From Gemmatimonadota bacterium (lineage in GTDB: Bacteria > Gemmatimonadota > Gemmatimonadetes > Gemmatimonadales > GWC2-71-9), in assembly GCA_016713435.1 (NCBI GenBank), contig JADJPD010000003.1, forward strand, positions 282,121 through 346,120: DNA of 64,000 nucleotides. The letters run 5' to 3'. Below the pieces are notes generated by a model. The model made no database searches and was not told the origin of the DNA. It saw only the letters and a program-made list of their open reading frames with translations. Within the stretch, counting starts at the first letter, position 1, and each line of letters starts with the position of its first letter. Of this stretch, positions 55,309 to 64,000 are shown one piece after another. The position numbers and the translations under genes are program-made.

Positions 55309-57387
55309 TTGGCGGTCCTTCATGGAGCCCTTGTCCTGACCACCGCCTCCAGCGCCCCGATTCCGGCGGGCGCCCCGCCCTCGGACGCCGCCTGGCGCAC
55401 CATCAATTCGCTCCGCGTGCTGGCGATGGATGCAGTGGAGCAGGCCAACTCGGGGCACCCCGGCACCCCCATGGCGCTGGCCCCCGCGGCGTGGGTGCTC
55501 TGGGACCGCTTCCTCCGCTTCGACCCCGCCACGCCCGACTGGCCCGACCGTGACCGCTTCGTCCTCTCCTGCGGCCACGCCTCGATGCTCCTCTACGGCC
55601 TCCTCCACCTGGCCGGGTACGACCTCTCGCTCGACGACCTGAAGCGCTTCCGGCAGTGGGGCTCGAAGACCGCCGGCCACCCGGAGCGCGGCCACGCCCC
55701 CGGCGTGGAGACCACCACCGGGCCGCTGGGCCAGGGCGTGGGCAACGCCGTGGGCATGGCCATCGCCGAGCGGGTGCTGGCGGCGCGATTCAACCGGCCC
55801 GGCTTCGAGCTGGTCAATCACCGCACCTGGGCCTTCGTGAGCGACGGGGACCTGATGGAAGGGGTGGCCGCCGAGGCCGCCTCGATTGCGGGGCACCTCG
55901 GGCTGGGGCGGCTGGTGCTGGTGTTCGACGACAACAAGATCACCATCGACGGCGACACCTCGCTCAGCTTCACCGAGGACGTGGGGCGCCGCTTCGAGGC
56001 GTACGGATGGCAGGTGCTCCGCGTGGGCGACGGCAATGACCTCGCCGCCATCGAGCAGGCGCTCGCTGCCGGGCGGCAGGAGGACACGCGGCCCACGCTC
56101 ATCGTGCTCCGCACGATCATCGCCGATCCCGCGCCCACCAAGCGCAACACCTCCGCCGCCCACGGCGCCCCGCTCGGTGCCAAGGAGATCGCGGCCACCA
56201 AGGCCCTCCTGGGCTGGCCCGAGACGCCCTTCCACGTGGCGCCCGAGGCGGCGGCGTGGACGGCCGCCTGCCGGCAGCGCGGGGCCGAGGCGCGCGGCGC
56301 CTGGCTCCGGAAGCTCGAGGAATACCGCACCGCGCATCCGGACCTGGCCGAGGAGTTCGAGGCCTGGATGGCCGGCACCCTCCCCGCCGGCTGGGACGAC
56401 GGGCTCCCGACCTTCACCCCCGCCGACGGCCAGCTGGCCACGCGCCAGGCGTCGGCCAAGGCGCTCAACGCGCTGGCCGCGAAGCTCCCCAACCTGGTGG
56501 GTGGCAGCGCCGACCTGGCCGAGAGCACCGGCGCCGACATCAAGGGCGGCGGCAGCTTCTCGGCGAAGTCCGTGGGCCGGAACTTCCACTGGGGCGTCCG
56601 CGAGCACGGCATGGCCGCGTGCCTGAACGGCATGGCGGCGCACGGCGGGCTCCGGCCGTTCGGCAGCACGTTCCTGATCTTCACCGACTACTGCAAGCCG
56701 TCCATCCGCCTGTCGGGGCTCATGGGGCTGCCGGTGCTCTACATCGGCACCCACGACTCGATCGGCCTCGGCGAGGACGGGCCGACGCACCAGCCCATCG
56801 AGCAGCTGGCCATGCTGCGCTCCACGCCCAACGTGACCGTGTTCCGTCCCGCGGACGCGTCGGAGACGGTGGAGGCGTGGAAGGCGGCCATCGCGCGGCA
56901 GGACGGGCCCACGGTGCTGGCGCTGTCGCGGCAGAAGCTCCCGATCCTCGACCGCACCCGGCTCGCGCCCGCGAGCGGCACCCGGCAGGGCGGCTATGTG
57001 CTGCTCGACGCGCCGAGCGGGAATCCCGAGGCCATCGTGATCGCGACGGGGGCGGAGCTGCATGCGGCGCTCGCGGCCGTGGAGCGGCTGCAGGGGCAGG
57101 GGCGGCAGGTGCGGCTGGTGTCGTTCCCGTCGTGGGAGCTGTTCGAGCGGCAGCCGGCGGAGTACCAGGCGGCGGTGCTGCCGCCCGCGGTGACGGCGCG
57201 CGTCAGCATCGAGGCGGCGAGCCGCTTCGGCTGGCACCGCTGGGTGGGCGACCGGGGCATCAGCCTCGGCATCGACCACTTCGGCGCGTCGGCGCCGGCG
57301 GAGCGGCTGTTCCAGGAATTCGGGTTCACGGCGGACCACGTGGTGGCGGCGGTCGAGCAGGTGCTGGCCGCGCCCGCGCGTCCCTAA
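55309..57387 (+). CDS. tkt: Transketolase
   Basis: [44 protein letters not shown] and other canonical blocks. The start is uncertain: TTG 55309 is preferred over ATG 55210, which would overlap the carH start and read through a promoter-like, low-GC region. Confidence 0.85.
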   Translation: MAVLHGALVLTTASSAPIPAGAPPSDAAWRTINSLRVLAMDAVEQANSGHPGTPMALAPAAWVLWDRFLRFDPATPDWPDRDRFVLSCGHASMLLYGLLHLAGYDLSLDDLKRFRQWGSKTAGHPERGHAPGVETTTGPLGQGVGNAVGMAIAERVLAARFNRPGFELVNHRTWAFVSDGDLMEGVAAEAASIAGHLGLGRLVLVFDDNKITIDGDTSLSFTEDVGRRFEAYGWQVLRVGDGNDLAAIEQALAAGRQEDTRPTLIVLRTIIADPAPTKRNTSAAHGAPLGAKEIAATKALLGWPETPFHVAPEAAAWTAACRQRGAEARGAWLRKLEEYRTAHPDLAEEFEAWMAGTLPAGWDDGLPTFTPADGQLATRQASAKALNALAAKLPNLVGGSADLAESTGADIKGGGSFSAKSVGRNFHWGVREHGMAACLNGMAAHGGLRPFGSTFLIFTDYCKPSIRLSGLMGLPVLYIGTHDSIGLGEDGPTHQPIEQLAMLRSTPNVTVFRPADASETVEAWKAAIARQDGPTVLALSRQKLPILDRTRLAPASGTRQGGYVLLDAPSGNPEAIVIATGAELHAALAAVERLQGQGRQVRLVSFPSWELFERQPAEYQAAVLPPAVTARVSIEAASRFGWHRWVGDRGISLGIDHFGASAPAERLFQEFGFTADHVVAAVEQVLAAPARP

Positions 57388-57402
57388 TCGGAGTCATACT
57401 CG

Positions 57403-58518
57403 GTGACCAATCCCCTCACGCTCCTGGGCAACCTCGGCCAGAGCCCCTGGTACGACTACATCACGCGCGAGCTGATCAGCTCCGGTGAGCTGGCGCGGCT
57501 CATCGCCGAGGACGGGCTCCGCGGCATGACCACCAACCCGACGATCTTCGAGAAGGCCATCGCCGGGAGCGAGCTGTACGACGACGACATCCGCCGCCTG
57601 GCCGGCGAGGGCAAGACGCCGGCGGAGATCTTCGAGGGGCTCGCGGTGCAGGACGTGCGCGCCGCCTGCGACCTCTTCCTGCCGCTCTACCACCGCACCA
57701 GCGGGCTCGACGGGCTCGTGTCCATCGAGGTCTCGCCCACGCTGGCGCGGGACGCGCAGGGGACGGTGGCGGAGGCGGAGCGGCTGTGGGCGCGGATCGC
57801 GCGGCCCAACGTGATGATCAAGATCCCCGGCACCCACGAGTGCCTGCCGGCCATCACCCGGTGCCTGGCGCAGGGGATCAACGTCAACGTCACGCTGCTC
57901 TTCTCGGTGAAGCGCTACCGCGAGGTGGTGGCGGCGTTCTTCGCGGGGCTGGAGCAGCGGCAGGCCGCGGGGCGGCCGGTGAACGGCATCGCCTCAGTCG
58001 CGTCGTTCTTCGTGTCGCGGCTGGATGGGAAGGTGGACCCGCTGGTGGCGCAGTCCCCGCTCGGGAAGGCGGGGGAGAGGGGCCCGCGGGTGAAGGGGCG
58101 CGCGGCGATCGCCAACGCGGCGGCGGCGTATGCGGCGTTCGAGGAGCTGTTCGGCTCGTCCCGCTGGCAGGCGCTGGCGGCGTCGGGGGCCATGATCCAG
58201 CGGCCGCTCTGGGCCTCGACCAGCACCAAGGACCCGGCGCTTCCCGACACCTACTACGTGGAGGAGCTGGTGGCGCCGCACACGGTGAACACGCTGCCGC
58301 CGGCCACCTTTGCCGCGTACCGCGACCACGGCCGCCCCGAGGTGCGCATCCGCGAGGTGATGGCGGAGGCGGGGCCGCTGCTGCGGCTGCTGCACGACGC
58401 GGGCATCGACCTGGAGGCGGTCACGCGGACCCTCGAGGCCGAGGGCGTGGCGTCCTTCGCGCAGTCGTTCGACGCGCTGCTCAAGGGGATCGAGCGGAAG
58501 GCGGCGGCGCTGGTCTAG
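57403..58518 (+). CDS. tal: Transaldolase (long form)
   Basis: GQSPWYDYI, GMTTNPTIFEKAI and VSIEVSP. GTG start with GGAG about 10 nt upstream. Confidence 0.9.
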   Translation: MTNPLTLLGNLGQSPWYDYITRELISSGELARLIAEDGLRGMTTNPTIFEKAIAGSELYDDDIRRLAGEGKTPAEIFEGLAVQDVRAACDLFLPLYHRTSGLDGLVSIEVSPTLARDAQGTVAEAERLWARIARPNVMIKIPGTHECLPAITRCLAQGINVNVTLLFSVKRYREVVAAFFAGLEQRQAAGRPVNGIASVASFFVSRLDGKVDPLVAQSPLGKAGERGPRVKGRAAIANAAAAYAAFEELFGSSRWQALAASGAMIQRPLWASTSTKDPALPDTYYVEELVAPHTVNTLPPATFAAYRDHGRPEVRIREVMAEAGPLLRLLHDAGIDLEAVTRTLEAEGVASFAQSFDALLKGIERKAAALV

Positions 58519-58803
58519 GGTGGGGGTTCGGTGCTGTGGTTCACCGCAGAGGCGCGGAGACGCCGAGGGCCGCAGAGGACCTGCACGTGCAACGCGGGGC
58601 TCGCCTCAGGGCGAGCCCCGCTCCGTGTTTATGGGTGTGGGTTCGGGTTGGGCGCCGCTCCCCACCCGTCCTGCCAAACCACCCTCAACTCACCGCACTC
58701 CCCTTGAGGGGATCTCCCCTCTCCGAGCGCAGGTCCTCTGCGGCCCTCTGCGTCTCCGCGCCTCTGCGGTGAACCACAGCGGCCAGCCCCCACCCTAGAC
58801 CAG
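58510..58803. repeat. Palindromic intergenic element, copy 3 (75-nt terminal inverted repeats)
   Basis: Arm 58510-58584 matches the reverse complement of 58729-58803 at 70/75 positions by hand alignment. An internal hairpin is ggggctcgcc-tcag-ggcgagcccc. The arms include the stop codons of tal and ilvA. Confidence 0.9.
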
Positions 58804-60315
58804 CCCCGCCAGAAACATCGCATACGCCGGGTTCGCGGTCTCGTCCACCCAGGGGTAGCCCACGTCGCCGAGGAAGCGGTGGAAGGCGCGCAGTTCCTTC
58901 GGCGGGACCTGGATGCCGACGAGGATGCGGCCGTAGTCGGCGCCCTGGTTGCGGTAGTGGAAGAGGCTGATGTTCCAGTCGGAGCGCATCCGCTCCAGGA
59001 AGCGGAGCAGCGCGCCCGGCCGCTCGGGGAACTCGAAGCGATACAGCAGCTCGTGGGTGGCCAGCGGCGCGCGGCCGCCCACCAGGTGGCGCACGTGCAG
59101 CTTGGCCATCTCGTTGTCGGAGAGGTCGAGTGCCGGGAAGCCGGCCTGCGTCAGGCGCCTGACGATGGCGCGGGTCTCGCGGCGGTCGCCGATCTCGAGC
59201 CCGGCGAAGACGTGGGCCCGCTCGGGATCGGCCAGGCGGTAGTTGAACTCGGTGATGTTGCGCGGGCCCAGCGCGGCGCAGAAGGCGCGGAAGCTGCCGG
59301 GCCGCTCCGGGATGGTGACGCCGAGCAGCGCCTCCCGCGCCTCCCCCGATTCCGCGCGCTCGGCCACGAAGCGGAGCCGGTCGAAGTTCATGTTGGCGCC
59401 GCACGCCACGGCCACCAGCGTGGCCCCCTTCCCGCCGAAGTGCTGCACCCACGCCTTGGCGCCCGCCACGGCGAGCGCCCCCGCCGGCTCCAGGATGCTC
59501 CGCGTCTCCTCGAAGACGTCCTTGATGGCCGCGCAGGTCTCGTCGGTGTCCACCAGGATCATCTCGTCCACCACCTTCTTGGCCAGGCGGAAGGTCTCCT
59601 CGCCCACGCGGCGCACCGCCACGCCGTCGGCGAAGAGGCCCACGTGGTCGAGCGTGACGCGCCGCCCCGCGGCCAGCGAGCGGGTCATGGCGTCGGCGTC
59701 CACCGGCTCCACGCCGATGACCTTCACCTCCGGCCGGAGCGCCTTGATGCAGGCGCCGACGCCCGCGATGAGCCCGCCCCCGCCCACCGCCACGAAGACG
59801 GCGTCGAGCCGCTCCGGCGCCTGCCGCAGGATCTCGAGCCCCACCGTGCCCTGCCCCGCGATCACGTCGGGATCGTCGTACGGATGGACGAAGGTGTAGC
59901 CCTTCTTCGCTTCCAGGGCGCGGGCGTGGGCGTAGGCCTCGTCGTAGGTGTCGCCGTGGAGCACCACGGTGGCGCCGCGGCGGCGCACGGCCTCCACCTT
60001 GATGCGGGGCGTGGTCACCGGCATCACGATCACGGCCTTGCCGCCGAGGTGGGCCGCGGCGAGCGCCACGCCCTGGGCGTGGTTGCCGGCGGAGGCGGCG
60101 ATGACGCCCCGGCGGAGGGCGGCGCGCGGCAGCCGGGCCATCTTGTTGAAGGCCCCGCGCAGCTTGAAGGAGAAGACGGGCTGCAGGTCCTCGCGCTTGA
60201 GGAGGACGGTGTTGCCGAGGCGGGCGGAGAGCAGCGGCGCGGCCTCGAGCGGGGACTCGATGGCCACGTCGTAGACGCGCGCCGTCAGGATGCGCTTCAG
60301 GTACTCGCTCGGCAT
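58795..60315 (-). CDS. ilvA: Biosynthetic threonine ammonia-lyase (threonine dehydratase)
   Basis: PLP-Lys motif QPVFSFKLRGA, GNHAQGVA, GGGGLIAG, and a C-terminal regulatory (ACT-like) region. Confidence 0.9.
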   Translation of the reverse strand: MPSEYLKRILTARVYDVAIESPLEAAPLLSARLGNTVLLKREDLQPVFSFKLRGAFNKMARLPRAALRRGVIAASAGNHAQGVALAAAHLGGKAVIVMPVTTPRIKVEAVRRRGATVVLHGDTYDEAYAHARALEAKKGYTFVHPYDDPDVIAGQGTVGLEILRQAPERLDAVFVAVGGGGLIAGVGACIKALRPEVKVIGVEPVDADAMTRSLAAGRRVTLDHVGLFADGVAVRRVGEETFRLAKKVVDEMILVDTDETCAAIKDVFEETRSILEPAGALAVAGAKAWVQHFGGKGATLVAVACGANMNFDRLRFVAERAESGEAREALLGVTIPERPGSFRAFCAALGPRNITEFNYRLADPERAHVFAGLEIGDRRETRAIVRRLTQAGFPALDLSDNEMAKLHVRHLVGGRAPLATHELLYRFEFPERPGALLRFLERMRSDWNISLFHYRNQGADYGRILVGIQVPPKELRAFHRFLGDVGYPWVDETANPAYAMFLAGLV

Positions 60316-60459
60316 GGAGGGCCCGGCGCTGGAGGGGGTGCGGGAACGGTACGGCCCCCGGGGAGGATTCGGTAGCGCCGGAGCGGCCGGGCCTTCATAC
60401 TTCCCCCGGGCCGGAAAACCCCCGGTCCGCTGTCCCGCTTCCCCCAACCCCCGATCTCA

Positions 60460-61722
60460 ATGCTCGCCTTCCTCCGGCGCCTCACGCTGACGTGGTGGAT
60501 CATCATTGCGATGGTCGTCGGCGTCGTCCTCGGCCACCTGGATCACTCGGTGTGGCTGGAGAGCGACCTGGCGCCCTGGCTGTCCCCGCTGTCGTCCATC
60601 TTCATCCGCATGATCAAGTCGATCGTGGCCCCGCTCGTGTTCACCAGCCTGGTGGTGGGCATCGCCGGCCACGGCGACGACCTGAAGCGGGTGGGCCGCC
60701 TGGCCTTCCGCTCGCTCATCTACTTCGAGGTGGTCACCACCATCGCGCTGGCGGTGGGGCTCATGGCGGTGAACTTCACCCGCCCCGGCGTCGGCATCAC
60801 CCTCGACGTGCACGCCGACGCGGCGCAGATGGCGCAGTTCACCAGCAACAAGCCCACCCTCTCGAGCGTCCTCGAGCACACGGTGCCCGCCAGCTTCTTC
60901 GAGGCGGCCGCCAAGAACGAGGTGCTGCAGATCGTCTTCTTCTCCGTGATCTTCGCCATCGGGCTGGCGCAGGTGCGGAGCGCCAACAAGACCGTGGTGC
61001 TGCATTTCCTCGAGGGCGTCTCGGAGGTGATGTTCAAGTTCACCGGCATCGTGATGTACTTCGCGCCGATCGGCATCGGGGCGGCCATCGCGGTGACCAT
61101 CGGCAAGAACGGGCTCGGCGTGCTCGGCAACCTGGCCCAGCTGGTGGGCACGCTCTACGGCGCGCTCATCGTCTTCGTGCTGGTGGCGCTGGTGCCGGTG
61201 GCGCTCCTCTTCCGGATCCCCATCCGGCGGTTCTGGCGCTACACCAAGGAGCCGTGGCTCATCGCCTTCTCCACCGCGTCGTCCGAGGCGGCGCTGCCGC
61301 TGGCGCTCGAGAACATGGAGAAGTTCGGGGTGCCGAAGCGGATCGTCTCCTTCGTGCTGCCCACGGGCTACTCGTTCAACCTCGACGGCTCCACGCTGTA
61401 CCTGGCGGTGGCGTCGGTGTTCGTGGCGCAGGCGGCCGGGGTGGACATGCCGATCGGGACCCAGATCCTGATGATGCTGACGCTCATGCTCACCTCGAAG
61501 GGCGTGGCGGCGGTGCCCCGCGCCTCGCTGGTGATCCTGGCCGGCACCCTGACGCAGTTCCAGCTCCCGCTCGAGGGGATCGCGGTGATCCTGGGCGTGG
61601 ATGCGCTCATGGACATGGCCCGCACCTCGGTGAACCTCCTCGGCAACTGCCTGGCCTCCGCCGCCATGGCGCGCTGGGAGGGGGAGCTCCACCCCGAGGG
61701 CGAGCAGCCCGCCGCCGCCTGA
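60460..61722 (+). CDS. Dicarboxylate/amino acid:cation symporter (DAACS; GltP/DctA family)
   Basis: FIRMIKSIVAPLVF, FSTASSEAALP, PTGYSFNLDGS and MDMARTSVNLLGN. Confidence 0.9.
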   Translation: MLAFLRRLTLTWWIIIAMVVGVVLGHLDHSVWLESDLAPWLSPLSSIFIRMIKSIVAPLVFTSLVVGIAGHGDDLKRVGRLAFRSLIYFEVVTTIALAVGLMAVNFTRPGVGITLDVHADAAQMAQFTSNKPTLSSVLEHTVPASFFEAAAKNEVLQIVFFSVIFAIGLAQVRSANKTVVLHFLEGVSEVMFKFTGIVMYFAPIGIGAAIAVTIGKNGLGVLGNLAQLVGTLYGALIVFVLVALVPVALLFRIPIRRFWRYTKEPWLIAFSTASSEAALPLALENMEKFGVPKRIVSFVLPTGYSFNLDGSTLYLAVASVFVAQAAGVDMPIGTQILMMLTLMLTSKGVAAVPRASLVILAGTLTQFQLPLEGIAVILGVDALMDMARTSVNLLGNCLASAAMARWEGELHPEGEQPAAA

Positions 61723-61729
61723 GTCCCGC

Positions 61730-61774
61730 GCCGGGCCGCCGCCCCCCGGGGCGGCGGCCCGGCGTGGAACTTTT
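61730..61774 (+). terminator. Intrinsic terminator after the symporter gene
   Basis: 14-bp stem gccgggccgccgcc / ggcggcggcccggc (61730-61743 / 61750-61763), followed shortly by cttttg. Confidence 0.65.
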
Positions 61775-61824
61775 GCCCCCCGCCGCCGTCCTAGTTCCCG
61801 ACACCCGACAGGATTCCGCCCCAC

Positions 61825-63606
61825 ATGCTGCTCCCGCTCGTCCTCGCCGCGCTGGCCGGCACCCCGCCGGCCGTCTCGGCCCCCGTCTCGAATCTCCGGT
61901 ACGAACTCACCTTCACCCGCCAGACCGCCGCCACCCGCACCCTCACAGTGCGCACCCGGCTCGACGTCACCGGCCCCGGCGACGTGCTGCTGTCGCTGCC
62001 GAGCTGGACACCGGGCGCGTACGAGGTGTCGAACTTCGCGCGCTGGGTCTCCGACTTCGGCGCCAAGGCGGGAGAGAAGGCGCTCCGCTGGGACAAGCTC
62101 GATTACGACACCTGGCGCATCCGCCCCGAGGGGGCCAAGGCGCTCGAGGTGAGCTTCACCTACACCGCCGACACGCTCGACAACGCCATGGCGTGGAGCC
62201 GGCCGGACTTCCTGATGGTGAACGGCACCAACGTCTTCCTGTACCCCGAGGGCCGGAGCCTCGCCTTCCCCGCCACCGTCACGGTCGTCACCGAGCCGGA
62301 GTGGAAGATCGCCACCGGCATGGCGCCGGCCGGCGCCGCGCGCACCTACGGCGAGAAGAACTTCCACGACCTCGTGGACATGCCGTTCTTCATCGGCGCC
62401 ATCGACTACGACAGCGCCCAGGTGGGCGGCGTCACCGCCCGGCTCGCCACCTACCCCGCCGGCACGCTCGGCGGCCAGGCGCGCGAGGCCTTCTGGGCCG
62501 ACTACAAGAAGCTCTTCGCCCCGCAGGCCGCGGCCTTCGCCGACACACCGTACAAGACGTACACCACCATGATGCTGTTCGAGGGCTCGGCCGGCGGCTC
62601 GGCGCTCGAGCACCAGAACAGCCACGTGGGCGTCTACACCCCGGAGGGCATCGGGCAGGAGTGGGTCACCTCGGTGACCGCGCACGAGATGGTGCACGCC
62701 TACAACGTGAAGCGCCTCCGCCCCGCGGAGATGACGCCGTACCGCTACGACGTCGCGCAGCCCACCCCGTGGCTCTGGGTCAGCGAGGGCATCACCGACT
62801 ACTACGCCGACCTGGTGCTGGTGCGGGCCGGCATCATCGACTCGGCGGGGTTCCTGGAGGCCACCGGCGGCAAGATCGCCAACGTGGCCAACGTCCCGGC
62901 CGTGGCGCTCGAGGATGCGTCGCTCTCCACCTGGATCCACCCGACGGACGGCACCGGTTACATCTACTACCCGAAGGGCTCACTGGCCGGCTTCCTGCTC
63001 GACCTCATGATCCGCGACGCCAGCGACAACCGCCACAGCCTGGACCACGTCATGGCCGAGCTGTACCGCACCACCTACAAGGCGGGCCGCGGATTCACGG
63101 GGGCGGACTGGTGGGGCGCGGTGTCGCGGGCGGCGGGCGGGAAGGCGTTTGCGTTCTTCGAGCGCTGCTGCATTGACGGGCGGGAGCCGTTCCCCTACGA
63201 CAGCGTGCTGGCCCTCGGCGGCCTGGCGCTCGTCACCGACAGCATGCGGGTGCCGCGCATCGGCATCAACGCCCAGTCCGACTCGGCCGGCGTGGTGATC
63301 AACCAGCTGGTGCCCGGTGGCGCCGCCGAGGAGGCGGGGCTCCGCCCCGGCGACCGGCTGCTCGAGATCGGCGGCATCTCCGCCACCGCCCCCGACGTCT
63401 TCGACCAGTTCCGCACCAAGTACGCCGGCGCGGCCGAGGGTTCGCCCCTCCCCTTCAAGGTGCAGCGCGACGGGAAGGAACTCACGGTGGCGGGGACCAT
63501 CAGGTTCGCGACGATCCGGCAGCAGCGGCTGACCTTTGCGGAAAATCCGAGCGCCAAGGCGCTCCGGGTGCGGCAGGGCCTGCTGACGGGGACGACGGCG
63601 CGCTAG
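61825..63606 (+). CDS. M61 family (glycyl aminopeptidase-like) metallopeptidase with C-terminal PDZ domain
   Basis: Signal peptide, HExxH in VTAHEMVHAYN, and a PDZ-like LRPGDRLLEIGG. Confidence 0.85.
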   Translation: MLLPLVLAALAGTPPAVSAPVSNLRYELTFTRQTAATRTLTVRTRLDVTGPGDVLLSLPSWTPGAYEVSNFARWVSDFGAKAGEKALRWDKLDYDTWRIRPEGAKALEVSFTYTADTLDNAMAWSRPDFLMVNGTNVFLYPEGRSLAFPATVTVVTEPEWKIATGMAPAGAARTYGEKNFHDLVDMPFFIGAIDYDSAQVGGVTARLATYPAGTLGGQAREAFWADYKKLFAPQAAAFADTPYKTYTTMMLFEGSAGGSALEHQNSHVGVYTPEGIGQEWVTSVTAHEMVHAYNVKRLRPAEMTPYRYDVAQPTPWLWVSEGITDYYADLVLVRAGIIDSAGFLEATGGKIANVANVPAVALEDASLSTWIHPTDGTGYIYYPKGSLAGFLLDLMIRDASDNRHSLDHVMAELYRTTYKAGRGFTGADWWGAVSRAAGGKAFAFFERCCIDGREPFPYDSVLALGGLALVTDSMRVPRIGINAQSDSAGVVINQLVPGGAAEEAGLRPGDRLLEIGGISATAPDVFDQFRTKYAGAAEGSPLPFKVQRDGKELTVAGTIRFATIRQQRLTFAENPSAKALRVRQGLLTGTTAR

Positions 63607-64000
63607 CGCGCGACGAGACTGCCTGCCACTCCCAGGGCCTCCGGGAGCGCGATCGGTTCCTCGCGCTCCCGGAGGCCCGCGAGTTTGAGCGCCCGGCCGA
63701 GGAGCCGCTCGCGCGTGCAGCCGGCGGCGCGGAGGTCGCGGAGGCTCGTGTCGCCGTCCGCCTTGCTGAGCTTGGCGCCGCCGGGCTTCCGGATGAGTGG
63801 GTGATGGAGGAAGCGCGGCGGCTCCCTGCGGCCGAGCATCCGGGCCAGGAGGATCTGGCGGCCCGTGGAGTCCAGCAGGTCCTCGCCACGGATCACCAGG
63901 TCAATGCCCTGCTCGAGGTCGTCCACCACCACGCCGAGCTGGTAGGTCCAGTTGCCGAGGCGGTCCTGCAGGAGGAGATCGCCGGACTGGCGCGCCGGCT
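63603..64000 (-). CDS. gluQ: tRNA glutamyl-Q(34) synthetase (GluQRS), C-terminal part; N-terminus lies beyond the window edge
   Basis: GNWTYQLGVVVDDLEQGIDLVIRGEDLLDSTGRQILL ... HHPLIRKPGGAKLSKADG (KMSKS-like motif). The ORF remains open to nt 64000. Confidence 0.8.
   Translation of the reverse strand, partial: PARQSGDLLLQDRLGNWTYQLGVVVDDLEQGIDLVIRGEDLLDSTGRQILLARMLGRREPPRFLHHPLIRKPGGAKLSKADGDTSLRDLRAAGCTRERLLGRALKLAGLREREEPIALPEALGVAGSLVAR

Overview
Very G+C-rich bacterial chromosomal segment; codon position 3 is almost always G/C, so every real gene casts long antisense 'shadow' ORFs in the track. I support about 57 protein-coding genes. I found no rRNA, tRNA, CRISPR array, transposase, integrase or prophage genes. 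The content is mostly core metabolism and envelope or signalling functions. Core metabolism includes an ABC importer operon, a fused E1 alpha/beta 2-oxoacid dehydrogenase, fadJ/thiolase, glpD, an OdhA/Kgd-type sucA, tkt-tal, ilvA, rho, rsgA and proline dehydrogenase. Signalling and envelope genes include three Hanks-type Ser/Thr kinases with large sensor tails, many signal-peptide or lipoprotein genes, secreted TPR proteins and peptidases of families S41, S58, S45 and M61. The gene mix and style suggest a Gemmatimonadota-like organism, but that is low-confidence inference.

Items worth a second look:
1. A family of about 240-290 bp palindromic (MITE/REP-like) intergenic elements in three copies. 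One copy has 75-nt inverted arms that supply the last two codons and the stop of both flanking convergent genes.
2. A STAS-domain protein with an unrecognised roughly 300-aa domain, translationally coupled inside an SBP-permease-ATPase-CPBP protease operon.
3. A four-gene operon of three paralogous secreted TPR proteins around an S41 peptidase.
4. Three cupredoxin lipoproteins. Two are 329-aa Ig-Ig-cupredoxin paralogs that bracket the sucA/HNH/PadR/VOC block, and one has Glu where the axial Met ligand is expected.
5. A MazG-like gene overlapping a Ser/Thr kinase gene.
6. A CarH-like B12 photoreceptor regulator followed by crtB, an acyltransferase and a membrane protein.
7. An S45 acylase coupled to two membrane rhodaneses, one with the catalytic Cys replaced by Asp.
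8. Three single-nucleotide frame disruptions at G/C runs in otherwise intact housekeeping genes (ABC ATPase, E1 alpha/beta, glpD). These look more like sequence errors than decay.

All functional calls rest on motifs I can read in the translations. No database search was run.
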